In this document: positions 10,621 through 20,258 of the stretch, piece by piece
Layout: every line of letters starts with the position of its first letter
Position numbering within the stretch: the first letter of the stretch is position 1
Assembly (NCBI GenBank): GCA_964016885.1
Contig: OZ024740.1
Coordinates: forward strand, 44,578,001 to 44,642,000
DNA: 64,000 nucleotides
Source of the DNA: Eledone cirrhosa
Taxonomy: Eukaryota
Direction: 5' to 3'
The notes under the pieces: model-generated
Database searches by the model: none
Told to the model about the DNA's origin: nothing
The model's input: only the letters and a program-made list of their open reading frames with translations
Translations under genes and position numbers: made by a program

Positions 10621-12485
10621 AAACCTCCTGACAACGGGGGATATTTTTCAATCCAACTGTGTGGCAAACTATCGAATGCTTTTTTATAATCTATCCAAGC
10701 AATCGATAGATTTTTGTGTCTATTATGACAATCTTCCAGTATCATTTTGTTAACCAGAAGCTGATCCTTACAGCCATATGAGCCTCGTTTACACCCTTTC
10801 TGCTCAATGGGAAATAGGTCATTTGTTATCAGGTGGTCATATGTGTATTCAGTTAGGACTGATGTTAAAATTTTATACATTGTGGTCAAGCAAGTTATCG
10901 GTCTGTAATTTTTGGGATTGTTTGTCTCATCATTCTTCGGAAGCAGGAATGTAATGCTGTTAACTAGCCATGATGGTATCTTTTCTGGCTCCTTAACTAT
11001 TTCATTGTAAAGTTGGGCTAACAGCTCATGAGACTCTGTGAAGGCATTTATCCAAAAGTTTTGTATTTTGTCTTTTCCTGGGGATTTCCATTTGCTGGTT
11101 TTTCTTAGAGCCAAGCGCAACTGTTCAACTGTTATATTTTCCCATATTTGTTCCTCAAGGTGAGCTGTATCTTTCATTTGTCTGTCTATCCATGGGGCAT
11201 GTATATTATGAACTTTTTCTTCGGCCCAGATCTTTTCCCAGAATTCTTGCACTTCCTCCTTGGGTGGTATTGATTTAGCAGTTATTGTTGACTTACCAAT
11301 TTTTCTATAGAAGTTTCTTTGGTTGTTTTTGAACATATTATTGTCCTTATAGAATCTAGATCGTTTTTCAAAGCGCCTTATACGAGCAGCTTTGGCCAAC
11401 ACTTTTTGCTTGATTATTTCTATCAGCATGTCTATGTCACTTGTTGATTTTATACTGTACTTTTTTTTCAATTTTCTAAGTTTAGTTTGTTTAACATGTT
11501 CACCTACTTTATAGTTTGTTAAAATTTCTATGTCAGATCGGAGAAGGTTTATTTGGCGATTGATGTTCTCTTGCCAAGTAGATTTCTTGTGGGAATTCCT
11601 TTGTTTTTTCATCTTCACTCCACATAAGTGAGTGGTGACTTTAGCCGATGCATAATAGAGATGATTTAAATCAGTAATGTTTAGTTTGTTTGTGATGATA
11701 ATGTTTTTGAGAATTATGTTAGTCTTATGTATTATCTTTTGGTTCTGTTTGGAGTTCTGGATCTTAGGGAGGGTGTCTCGTTTCCCCATGTCAGATTCTT
11801 TCATTTTCATCCATTCGATCATAATTTCATCCTTCAAGTTGGCAAGTTCATTCTCATTCATTTCTTTATCATTTACGATTTCATTATTTTCATTTGGAGT
11901 TTCATCCTGAGCATGCACTCCCTCCACTTTTTCGATCCTTTCTTTAATTTGTTCTGTTGCCAGTGATTCCGCCCCAACCCTGGGATTCGAAGTGTTACAG
12001 TTTACCTCGTTTTCACTGACACATGTTTCATTTTCCCTTCGCTGACTTTGTGCTAATAGCTTGATCTGATCAATTTCTATATCAGTTAGTAACTTTTTTC
12101 TTACAATATTTCTTCGTATATTGGCTAGTTTGTTACTGTCAATATAGCCTCTGTTTTCGGGATGTTTCTTTTTCCAGTTGATATATGTCTGTTCTGTATT
12201 CGATGTATTTGATGGGTAGTACATGGCAGTGTAGAAAGCCTCAAGGACTTCTTTATTATCTTGCCTTGACCATTTTTCTCTCTTTTTCTTTGGATTTCTT
12301 GGTGGTGAGCATGGAGGGCCAACAGTAGGAGTATTCCAGTTATGGGAGGTCTCCAGCTCCGAAGTGATGGGAAGGTTTGAACCATTAGCTGATTTTTCGA
12401 CCCCAGTCTGGTTCCTCTCTGAGGGACGCGGCCCTTTTTTACCCGGGCGACGGCCGATCCGGTATGAGATTTTATCATTAGACAT
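10605..12485 (-). CDS. R4/Dong ORF, N-terminal half (basic N-terminus and RT motifs 0-3)
   Basis: WKSPGKDKIQNFW, NYRPITCLTTMYKILT, EQKGC, WIDYKKAFDSLPHSW. Confidence 0.85.
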   Translation of the reverse strand: MSNDKISYRIGRRPGKKGPRPSERNQTGVEKSANGSNLPITSELETSHNWNTPTVGPPCSPPRNPKKKREKWSRQDNKEVLEAFYTAMYYPSNTSNTEQTYINWKKKHPENRGYIDSNKLANIRRNIVRKKLLTDIEIDQIKLLAQSQRRENETCVSENEVNCNTSNPRVGAESLATEQIKERIEKVEGVHAQDETPNENNEIVNDKEMNENELANLKDEIMIEWMKMKESDMGKRDTLPKIQNSKQNQKIIHKTNIILKNIIITNKLNITDLNHLYYASAKVTTHLCGVKMKKQRNSHKKSTWQENINRQINLLRSDIEILTNYKVGEHVKQTKLRKLKKKYSIKSTSDIDMLIEIIKQKVLAKAARIRRFEKRSRFYKDNNMFKNNQRNFYRKIGKSTITAKSIPPKEEVQEFWEKIWAEEKVHNIHAPWIDRQMKDTAHLEEQIWENITVEQLRLALRKTSKWKSPGKDKIQNFWINAFTESHELLAQLYNEIVKEPEKIPSWLVNSITFLLPKNDETNNPKNYRPITCLTTMYKILTSVLTEYTYDHLITNDLFPIEQKGCKRGSYGCKDQLLVNKMILEDCHNRHKNLSIAWIDYKKAFDSLPHSWIEKYPPLSGGFCHSV

Positions 12486-12550
12486 TTACTTTATTTTGTC
12501 GCGTTTTATCCTTATCCGCCAAGGGGTAATCATTTCGTGTTACCACTTCT

Positions 12551-12639
12551 AGAACGAGTGTCAACCAAGACTAGAGGAGTCGTTCTCCCCTAGAGACACG
12601 GCTATTCCCTGCCAGCCGCCATCCCAGTATTTCTTGGTC
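12551..12639 (-). ncRNA. Candidate HDV-like self-cleaving ribozyme in the R4/Dong 5' UTR
   Basis: P1 GACCAAG/CUUGGUU with G-U at +1; P2 AGAACG/CGUUCU; P3-L3 GAC-UCCUCUA-GUC; J1/2 hairpin CGGCUG/UAGCCG. P4 and J4/2 are atypical. Confidence 0.55.
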
Positions 12640-13632
12640 ACGGGGTTTTCTTTTTGTTGTTTTTTTAAATTGTTATTATCATGAGTGGTTCCTTAATGTG
12701 AGCATTGCGTGGCTTAAGAATGAAATTATTAATAATTGTCTCCACTCCAGGCACAAGGCCAGCAATCACCCAGTGCATTACAATAATATAATATACTTTT
12801 TGCTGTAGTTGCCTGTTATTGTTGTTGGCTATGTCGGTGGTGGTGCCGGGGCTTTTTATATTGTTGGTGAGGAAGGGGTGAGCCAGCAGTCCCATAGTTG
12901 TTGATGTTGATGTTTGGTCGGTGGCCAGGTCACTAAGTCAATCTATTTATATCTTTTGCTAGCCTCTCCCTTGTCTAGTGATACCGCCACCTTCCCCTTT
13001 CTCTCTCAAGTTAACAGGGGAATAGTGGTGGTAGCAATGAAGGAGTGGTGGCGGCGGCAATGGGATAGTGGTAGCAATGATGGATGCGGTGGTGGCGGCG
13101 GTGGCGTTGTGGTTACTGAGTTTTGTGATATGTAGTATCTATGAGTTTGTGTTCGTATGTTTAATATATATTGTGTTGACATATTCCCGTAAAATTGGAA
13201 TTAAACATTTTGTTAAAATTTGAGACAATAATAATAGTAATTATTATTATGATGCTGGGATTGATGGTGGTGGTGGTGAAATTGCCGTTATCTGGCTGTT
13301 ATATTTAGTGTGATGGGATAGGTGGTGTATCAAGTTTCTGGTGTTGGTGAAATTGCTGTTATTTGGCTGTTCTATATAGTGTAGACAGAGGGTGTTTTCT
13401 TCCATTTATAACCATTTTCTTTTTTTTTAATACAAAATATATAATACAAAATTGAATATTTGAGCGATATAATAATATAATATGGATCCCAAATTTGATG
13501 GGACTTCATTCGGTGGTTTATGCAACATTTGTACTAAGAATTGTTATTTCACAATTGATTTAAATATGTTAAAAATCAAAAACTTACGGGAGCGATTTCA
13601 TGACCTTCTACCATCGCGTGCATCTTCTTCCC

Positions 13633-13690
<58 letters not shown>

Positions 13691-13691
<1 letters not shown>

Positions 13692-13940
13692 GTTGTTATT
13701 ACTCTTTGAGTCTCAGTCATTGATGTTAGTTAACTGGAAAGTTTGTTGAAATGAATATCAAGCCACTACCTGCAGCCTCAGATATTCAGGACGTATCGGA
13801 GGGTTCTTGCTGTTCCCAGCAAGCATGCCTTTTGAAGAATTCCAAAAAGCGTGAAGGGGCCAATTTTCTTTAACCATCCCTGGAAACTTTTTGAGATAGT
13901 CCCTAGTGCGCCTATGACAATCGGGATCACTTTGACTTCA
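13691..13940 (-). mobile_element. Short 3' fragment of a second R4/Dong-like element, embedded between two (TAA)n tracts
   Basis: EVKVIPIVIGALGTI...LQKACLLGTARTLRYVL RLE C-terminus; (TTA)n at 13633-13690 and 13940-13960. Confidence 0.8.
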
Positions 13941-14173
13941 TTATTATTATTATTATTATTGAATGCCATGGTTGACGGAGGCTCGGCTCTGTAAGGTATA
14001 GTAATTTTTAACCGTTAAAACAATTGTAAATTGTTTAAAACTTGAACCAAATTGTTGATAAAGACACCCTCCTCCTCGTGAGAGGGGTCTTTCTGTCCGT
14101 TATTTGGCCCTTCGGGGTTAAATAACCAGTTATTGGGGTTTTGTACCCAAAATTTCATTTTAAACAAAAAAAC

Positions 14174-16297
14174 ATGGCTACGAAAAAGAAATTTCATACG
14201 TCACTCCCACTCATTCCGTCTTCTTCTTCCTCAATCATCACTACAGCAGAGAGAAGATTGTCTCTCTCCCTCCCTTCTTTAAATGTGTCTCTCTCCCTCC
14301 CTTCTTTAAATGCGTCTCTCTCCCTCCCTTCTCTTTCGCAAACGACGAAAGAAAAGAAAAGTCTCGTGCAAAGCGTGCAAGGTTTCTCCACGACGACGAC
14401 GACAGCGACGAAACAGGTGTGCGGGAAATACGAAAACCCAGTTCATTCGTCTGACGTCAGGAATAATAGCAGTAGCAGCCGTAATAACAACAGCAACAGT
14501 GACAATGAAAACAACAGTAGCAGTCGCAACAGCATCACCAGCAGCATAAACAACAACAGCATTAGCAGCAGCAACACCAACAACAACCACAGCAACAGCG
14601 GCGGAGGCAGTAGTCGTAGTACCTGCAGCAACAACAAAAGTACCAGCAGCTCTGACGACAACAACAACAGCAGAGAAAAACCAATCTCATTTGCAGGTAT
14701 TGCGAAAAACTTGGAAACAATCCTCATAACAAATGAGGAATTAGAGGAAGCGAAGAAGATGGTGACAAAGAACGGACACCGAGCAATCTGCAAGGCAGCG
14801 GAAAAATTTTTCGAAACCCAAGAGCACTGTACGGTCACGTACCGTACAGTAAGTACAAAATCCCGTAGGGTGGAAAGAGCCACAGAGGCCCAAATACAAA
14901 AAGCCTTGGGGTCTGTGTGGCAGCGGAAAACGCACATCACCCGAGGCAAAAAATATGCCACCGTAGACGTACTTTTTGCCACACCCCAGGAGGCAAAGGC
15001 CCAATCAGTAGTGACCCTAAGGAGCGAGGAAATGGTGTTGGTGCCCTCCTACTGTGGGCAAAAAATTGTGAGGGTCAAACTGACCCACGTCCCCCCCGGA
15101 ATGACCCCTTCTTGGCTGGCCGCGTCTGTCCTCGTCGGAATCGAGGACAAAACAACTGTACTGCAAGTACAGAAAAAAGTAAGAGAAGATTGGGTCGGCT
15201 CCTCCATTGAGATGCTAATCCAAACCAACCAGGAGTGCATCGAAGCTATCCCGGATGTGATAGACTTCGATAACGGCACTCAACTGCCCATAAGTGTTGA
15301 GGGCAAACGCCCGAAATGCTTTCGCTGTGGATCGAAGACTCACCTCAGGGCCTTCTGCAATGAGAAGACCCTGAGAAAGGAGAAAACCCCCCTCCTTCCG
15401 AATCCGGCTCCACGGCTACCAGCAACAGGACAAGCGGCAACCAGGAACGATAGGCCCGTGGCACCCATACCCACTCCACGGAAATCAAAAACAGCAGCAG
15501 CAGTGGAAATACTAACAACAACAACAGCAATACCAAATGCAGCTGCAACAGAGACTCCAGTGCAAACATCACCAACAACAACAAGTGAAAGAGTGGAGCT
15601 GGTACCCCTCCCCGACCTCACAGAATCAGACATGGAGTGTGAGGTGGGAGAGAGATGGCAAAAGGTCGTAAGAAGGCACAAACGCAGAAGCAGCGCATCG
15701 TCGCCTTTGAAAAGGGAGGAAAGAAATGAGAAAAGGGTAAAGTCTACTGCAAAGAGACCCACAGCAGCAACAACACCAACACCATCACCACCCACACTAG
15801 CGCCACCATCACCACCGGCGACAACCCCACCGCCAACAACACCTTCAACACCACCACCACAAGCACCAACATCGCAAACACAACAACAAAACACACACAC
15901 CCAGCAACAACGACAAGAAAATAGCAGAACCACACCCCACCCCCAGAAAAACAAATGCACGGCAATAAATACACACAACAAGAAACTAATGACTTACATA
16001 ATTGAACACACAGACATTTCACAACAGGACTACATAATACCAGCACCAATCAAAACGCCAACTAACATAAGACTGCTAAAAATAGCACAGAAACAATACA
16101 CAAATATTAAAACGAAATTCCCCAATGCAGTTGGTGATTTCAGGGACCTAGGAGGAACCATCAATCGAAGAGTATACTCAGACATTCTCTTAGAAGAGCC
16201 GACGACCAGCCGAAGGGACGATTCAACGGTCCCTTCACCAGACGATCAAGTGAAAAGGGATGTAAAAACCATCCCTCCTCTACCAAAAGTACGGTAA
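14174..16297 (+). CDS. L1/Tx1 ORF1 protein (S/N-rich and P/T-rich low-complexity regions, CCHC zinc knuckle)
   Basis: Open frame from ATG 14174; SFA motif; GKRPKCFRCGSKTHLRAFC knuckle; WQKVVRR motif. Confidence 0.85.
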   Translation: MATKKKFHTSLPLIPSSSSSIITTAERRLSLSLPSLNVSLSLPSLNASLSLPSLSQTTKEKKSLVQSVQGFSTTTTTATKQVCGKYENPVHSSDVRNNSSSSRNNNSNSDNENNSSSRNSITSSINNNSISSSNTNNNHSNSGGGSSRSTCSNNKSTSSSDDNNNSREKPISFAGIAKNLETILITNEELEEAKKMVTKNGHRAICKAAEKFFETQEHCTVTYRTVSTKSRRVERATEAQIQKALGSVWQRKTHITRGKKYATVDVLFATPQEAKAQSVVTLRSEEMVLVPSYCGQKIVRVKLTHVPPGMTPSWLAASVLVGIEDKTTVLQVQKKVREDWVGSSIEMLIQTNQECIEAIPDVIDFDNGTQLPISVEGKRPKCFRCGSKTHLRAFCNEKTLRKEKTPLLPNPAPRLPATGQAATRNDRPVAPIPTPRKSKTAAAVEILTTTTAIPNAAATETPVQTSPTTTSERVELVPLPDLTESDMECEVGERWQKVVRRHKRRSSASSPLKREERNEKRVKSTAKRPTAATTPTPSPPTLAPPSPPATTPPPTTPSTPPPQAPTSQTQQQNTHTQQQRQENSRTTPHPQKNKCTAINTHNKKLMTYIIEHTDISQQDYIIPAPIKTPTNIRLLKIAQKQYTNIKTKFPNAVGDFRDLGGTINRRVYSDILLEEPTTSRRDDSTVPSPDDQVKRDVKTIPPLPKVR

Positions 16298-16331
16298 GTG
16301 GTCTTTCCCATCTTTTCCACTCCTTTTCAAC

Positions 16332-19300
16332 ATGACCTCACTCAGAATAGGCAGCATAAATGCGCGTGGCTTGGGGTCGTCATGGAAGCAGGGTCACCTG
16401 CTCAACGACCTCAGGTCACTAAACATAGATGTAGTGGCCATCAGCGAGACCAGAATCTCCGAAGCACGGGCCTTCGCACCGATCTTCGGCGGCTACGATG
16501 TGTACGCATCTCCCAGCCGTCCTGGATCCGGTGGAGGAGTTGCTGTACTTTTTCGGAGAGGTTTGGATCTCGCCATACGGGCCATCTTCCTGGACCCAGA
16601 GGGTAAGCTGGTGGTGCTGGACGTGACCAGCGGAGACGGGCAAGCTTTCAGGCTAGTGGCCGTCTATGCCCCGACAGGAGCAGGGCGGCCTGATTTCTTC
16701 CGGCGTCTGGAGACCTTTCTTGGAACGTCCCGCTCTTTAGTGTTAGTGGGCGACTGGAACGGGATCTTAGATGCACGCTGGGACTGTGTGGGATTAGCGG
16801 ATAGGGGTGGAGGGTGCAAGAGCCTCACCAACCTGCTCAGGCGTTTTGAACTGTCTGACAGGTACCGATTGGATTTCCCGAATGTGCCAATGTGGACTTG
16901 GACAAACCGCATAGGGTCATCCAGATCATATCTAGATAGAGTATTTTGTAGGGAAATAGATAGGTCTAGCATAGGCTGTCCACAATTCAAGATAGTCAGC
17001 TACACGGACCACAAATTCGTGATCTGTGTGCTTGACTTAGATAGGCTTCATAGACGAGGACCCGGCTACTGGAAGCTAAACGCGTCCTTACCAGCGCGCA
17101 AGGCCTACAGAGACCGGATTAGCGAACTAGTTAAGCGGGCGTTGACGGGGGCCATCGTCAACAACAAGTGGTGGTTTGCTCTGAAAAGAGCGATTAGAAT
17201 AGAATCGATTAGATTTAGTAAGGCTTTAGCAATAGAGAAAAATAGAGCAGAGGGAGAACTAGTTAGAAAATTAGACGAGGCGCTTAGCAAAGGCATTGCG
17301 ACCGACGTGCTTGCGGCGAAATTGGCCCTTGACCAATTCTTCAATGCAAAGCACGAAGGCTGCGTTGTCAGAGCAAGGGTGCGTGCTCTCAGACACGAGG
17401 GGACGAAAGCCGTTCAATGGGCCCGAGTGGCGGAGGCGCGTCGTGGCAACAAAGCCACGATCCGGTCTTTGGTGGACCACGACGGGCGCATGCTACTCGA
17501 TCCCGGGCAAATGTGTGAAGCTTTTCAGCGACACTTCGCTCAGCTGTTCGGGGGCAGCGGTGGGCCGGGTAGAGGGATGGACTTTAGTGTCTACCTCGAC
17601 GGACTGCCGCGGCTCTCGGCCACTGAGGCGAAGTGTTGCGAAAAGCCGATAACAGCCGCTGAAGTAAGGGAGGCAATGACTGGCTGCACAAGGGGTAAAT
17701 CGCCTGGTTTGGATGGTCTGCCCTATGAACTTTACGTACAGATGCCAGACTTGTTCGGAGGCCTCTTGGCGGACGTCTACTGCAACTGGCAACAGAACGG
17801 GAGAATTCCCAGTTCTGTGAGCCGAGGAGCGGTGGCACTGCTGAGAAAGGATCCGAACAAGGGGGATAACATAGAAAATTTCCGGCCCATAACTCTGCTA
17901 AACACAGAGTTTAAGATTTTGGCCAAGGTGCTAGCAAAGAGGTTGGCGCTTGTCGTTGGTGGTCTGGTGGGAGAGGCGCAGACATGCGCCATTCCCGACA
18001 GATCCATCCACGACAACCTCCACCTCATGCGATACATCGTAGAGAGGGTAGCTAGGGAACCTGGCACGGGTGGGTCCTTGATCAATTTAGATCAGTCGAA
18101 AGCTTTCGATAGGGTCGACCATCGTTACCTAGCGGCAGTCCTGAGAGCGGCTGGCTTTGGGCCCGTCTTCAGAGGCTGGATCGCTGCCATGCACAGCGAC
18201 ATCTGCTCTGTGGTGAGAGTGAACGGTCACCTGTCGGAACCGTTCAACATCATGCGCTCGGTCCGCCAAGGATGTCCCCTCTCGTCCCTCTTGTACGTAT
18301 TGACTCTCGAGCCATTACTGCACAAACTGGAAACGTCGAGGGGGGTCCCGCGCGAACTAGGATGCGGAAGATCCGTATCAGCATATGCGGACGATGTCAC
18401 CGTAGTGGTGTCGAACGCCAAACACATCGAGGCGATCGGCACTACACTAAGAGAATACGAAGCGGTGACAGGAGCAATGATCAACCAGGAAAAGTCAGTG
18501 GGCCTGCAGCTCGGCACCTGGAGAGGCAGGTCCATGCCGTCCAACAGCGTCGTCGGACGCTGGACGGACGGACCGGTTAAATTGCTAGGGGTCTGGTTCG
18601 GTCCGGACCTCCAGACGGACAAAAACTGGGACGAGGTGATGAGCAGGGTGGCTTCTCTCACCCAGAAATGGGCCGAGAGGAAGCTATCCCTGAAAGGTCG
18701 AGCGGAGGTGGCTAACGCGTACATCGCGTCCGTCATCTGCTACCGCCTGACCGTCGTACCTTGTCCTAAGCCTCGCCTGACTGTGCTGGAGCGTTTGCTC
18801 TTTCGCTTTTTGTGGAAGGGACGCGCTACGATGGTCAGGCGGTCCATCTGTTGTCAACACCCGCTACGTGGAGGGCTGGGCATGCCGTGGCTGATGATGC
18901 GCAGGCACGCGCTCAGGCTACGACATCTCCCCCTTTTCCTCGACGGTGATCAGGTGTGGTCGCCGTTTGCTAGACGCGTGTTTCCCCAGCTCGTTTCCTT
19001 GACGGAGCTGCAGTCCTGGGTCAAGCGAAGACCGAGAGGGAGCGCCTGGAGACTGGAATGTCTTCAGGCGCTCACAGCCCTCGACCAATCGGGCAATGTG
19101 ATCGGTGGAAACTCCACCTCGGCGTTCTATAGAGGATTAGTGGAGGGGAAGAGCGACGACGTACTTGGGGAAACTCTAGGCGTCGACGAAAATCAACTAG
19201 CCAATCTCTTCGGAAGAACTTTCGGGCCAGGGCCTATGGACAACTTCCAGAAATCTCTGGCCTGGCAGTGCTACCGAGGAGCCTTGCCAGTTCGGGATAA

Positions 19301-19751
19301 ACTCTACAGGCATGGAGGTGCCGTCAGCCGGGCATGTCCGAGATGCGCGCAGGGCGACGAAACCGTCCTGCACGCACTCGTCCAGTGTCCGAAAATTGCT
19401 GACTTGTGGGTTTATGTCGAACACCTGCTGTCGCGTTTAGGACGGATCCGGCTATCATCTGAGTCCATCGTGAGGATTGCCCCGCCCTCCTCCTTTAGCC
19501 GGGAAGGGCAGGCAGTTTTTATCTGCCTGGTGGCCATGGCGAAAGAGATAGTATGGTGGACACGTTTGAAAGGGCTGAAGACGAGCACTTACCTCTTCGG
19601 TGATGCTCTGATTGACTTTTTCAAATTTCATTTGAAAAGGAAAATCAGAGTAGAGAGGGAAGTGCTCTCTTCCCAGCATTTTGTTGAAAGATGGGTGAGA
19701 GAAGCAAGAATGGCCCGAGTGAATGGGCCTACTCTGAGCATATATCTGTAA
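16332..19751 (+). CDS. L1/Tx1 ORF2: APE endonuclease, reverse transcriptase and C-terminal Cys/His domain (1139 aa)
   Basis: SINARGL, ISET, GDWN, YLDR, TDH; KSPGLDG, FRPITLLN, DQSKAFDRV, QGCPLS, YADD, GGLG; CPRC...ETVLHALVQC. Confidence 0.95.
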   Translation: MTSLRIGSINARGLGSSWKQGHLLNDLRSLNIDVVAISETRISEARAFAPIFGGYDVYASPSRPGSGGGVAVLFRRGLDLAIRAIFLDPEGKLVVLDVTSGDGQAFRLVAVYAPTGAGRPDFFRRLETFLGTSRSLVLVGDWNGILDARWDCVGLADRGGGCKSLTNLLRRFELSDRYRLDFPNVPMWTWTNRIGSSRSYLDRVFCREIDRSSIGCPQFKIVSYTDHKFVICVLDLDRLHRRGPGYWKLNASLPARKAYRDRISELVKRALTGAIVNNKWWFALKRAIRIESIRFSKALAIEKNRAEGELVRKLDEALSKGIATDVLAAKLALDQFFNAKHEGCVVRARVRALRHEGTKAVQWARVAEARRGNKATIRSLVDHDGRMLLDPGQMCEAFQRHFAQLFGGSGGPGRGMDFSVYLDGLPRLSATEAKCCEKPITAAEVREAMTGCTRGKSPGLDGLPYELYVQMPDLFGGLLADVYCNWQQNGRIPSSVSRGAVALLRKDPNKGDNIENFRPITLLNTEFKILAKVLAKRLALVVGGLVGEAQTCAIPDRSIHDNLHLMRYIVERVAREPGTGGSLINLDQSKAFDRVDHRYLAAVLRAAGFGPVFRGWIAAMHSDICSVVRVNGHLSEPFNIMRSVRQGCPLSSLLYVLTLEPLLHKLETSRGVPRELGCGRSVSAYADDVTVVVSNAKHIEAIGTTLREYEAVTGAMINQEKSVGLQLGTWRGRSMPSNSVVGRWTDGPVKLLGVWFGPDLQTDKNWDEVMSRVASLTQKWAERKLSLKGRAEVANAYIASVICYRLTVVPCPKPRLTVLERLLFRFLWKGRATMVRRSICCQHPLRGGLGMPWLMMRRHALRLRHLPLFLDGDQVWSPFARRVFPQLVSLTELQSWVKRRPRGSAWRLECLQALTALDQSGNVIGGNSTSAFYRGLVEGKSDDVLGETLGVDENQLANLFGRTFGPGPMDNFQKSLAWQCYRGALPVRDKLYRHGGAVSRACPRCAQGDETVLHALVQCPKIADLWVYVEHLLSRLGRIRLSSESIVRIAPPSSFSREGQAVFICLVAMAKEIVWWTRLKGLKTSTYLFGDALIDFFKFHLKRKIRVEREVLSSQHFVERWVREARMARVNGPTLSIYL

Positions 19752-19998
19752 ATTAAAGGTGGAAAACTGGGAGAGGGCACTTGCCTTGGTAGTCAGGGTC
19801 ATTGTGGCTTTTTACTGGGCTTTCTCCACAAATGTCCCTCCGAAGTCTCCCCCCTATTGGGGAATTTTTCATTGTTATTTTTGTTACATCCTCTGTTTTT
19901 GTTTTTTACACGCAGAAATGCCCATTTGTACCGTCCTGCATTGTCCTGCACTGTCCTTAATGTCTACTTTATGTAAACCCTTGTGGTTAATAAAGAAA

Positions 19999-20042
<44 letters not shown>

Positions 20043-20258
20043 GGCGACCTACGTAGTAAATCGTATCATCGTGAGCTCCGCAAAGGTTTGTTGTTTTCAG
20101 TTGTTTAAAATTGCCATTTATGGAAAATGTTTATTGTTAACTGTATATAAGTGCACATACATTGTTTTCTGAAAAGGACACTCAAAAATATTGGGGCCTT
20201 GAGCCCCAAATTTAAACTTTTATAATTATCAAAAAAAAAAAAAATTCTTTGAAAAATC

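Larger units (their letters stand above)
8713..12725 (-). mobile_element. Near full-length R4/Dong-clade non-LTR retrotransposon (RT + restriction-like endonuclease) flanked by TAA repeats
   Basis: Long ORF broken by one frameshift; (TAA)n at 8679-8712 abuts the 3' end and a TAA-rich tract lies at ~12725-12737. Confidence 0.92.
13961..20000 (+). mobile_element. Apparently intact full-length L1/Tx1-type LINE (copy 1)
   Basis: ORF1 + ORF2 + 3' UTR with AATAAA (19989-19994); (ATT)n on both sides. Confidence 0.93.
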
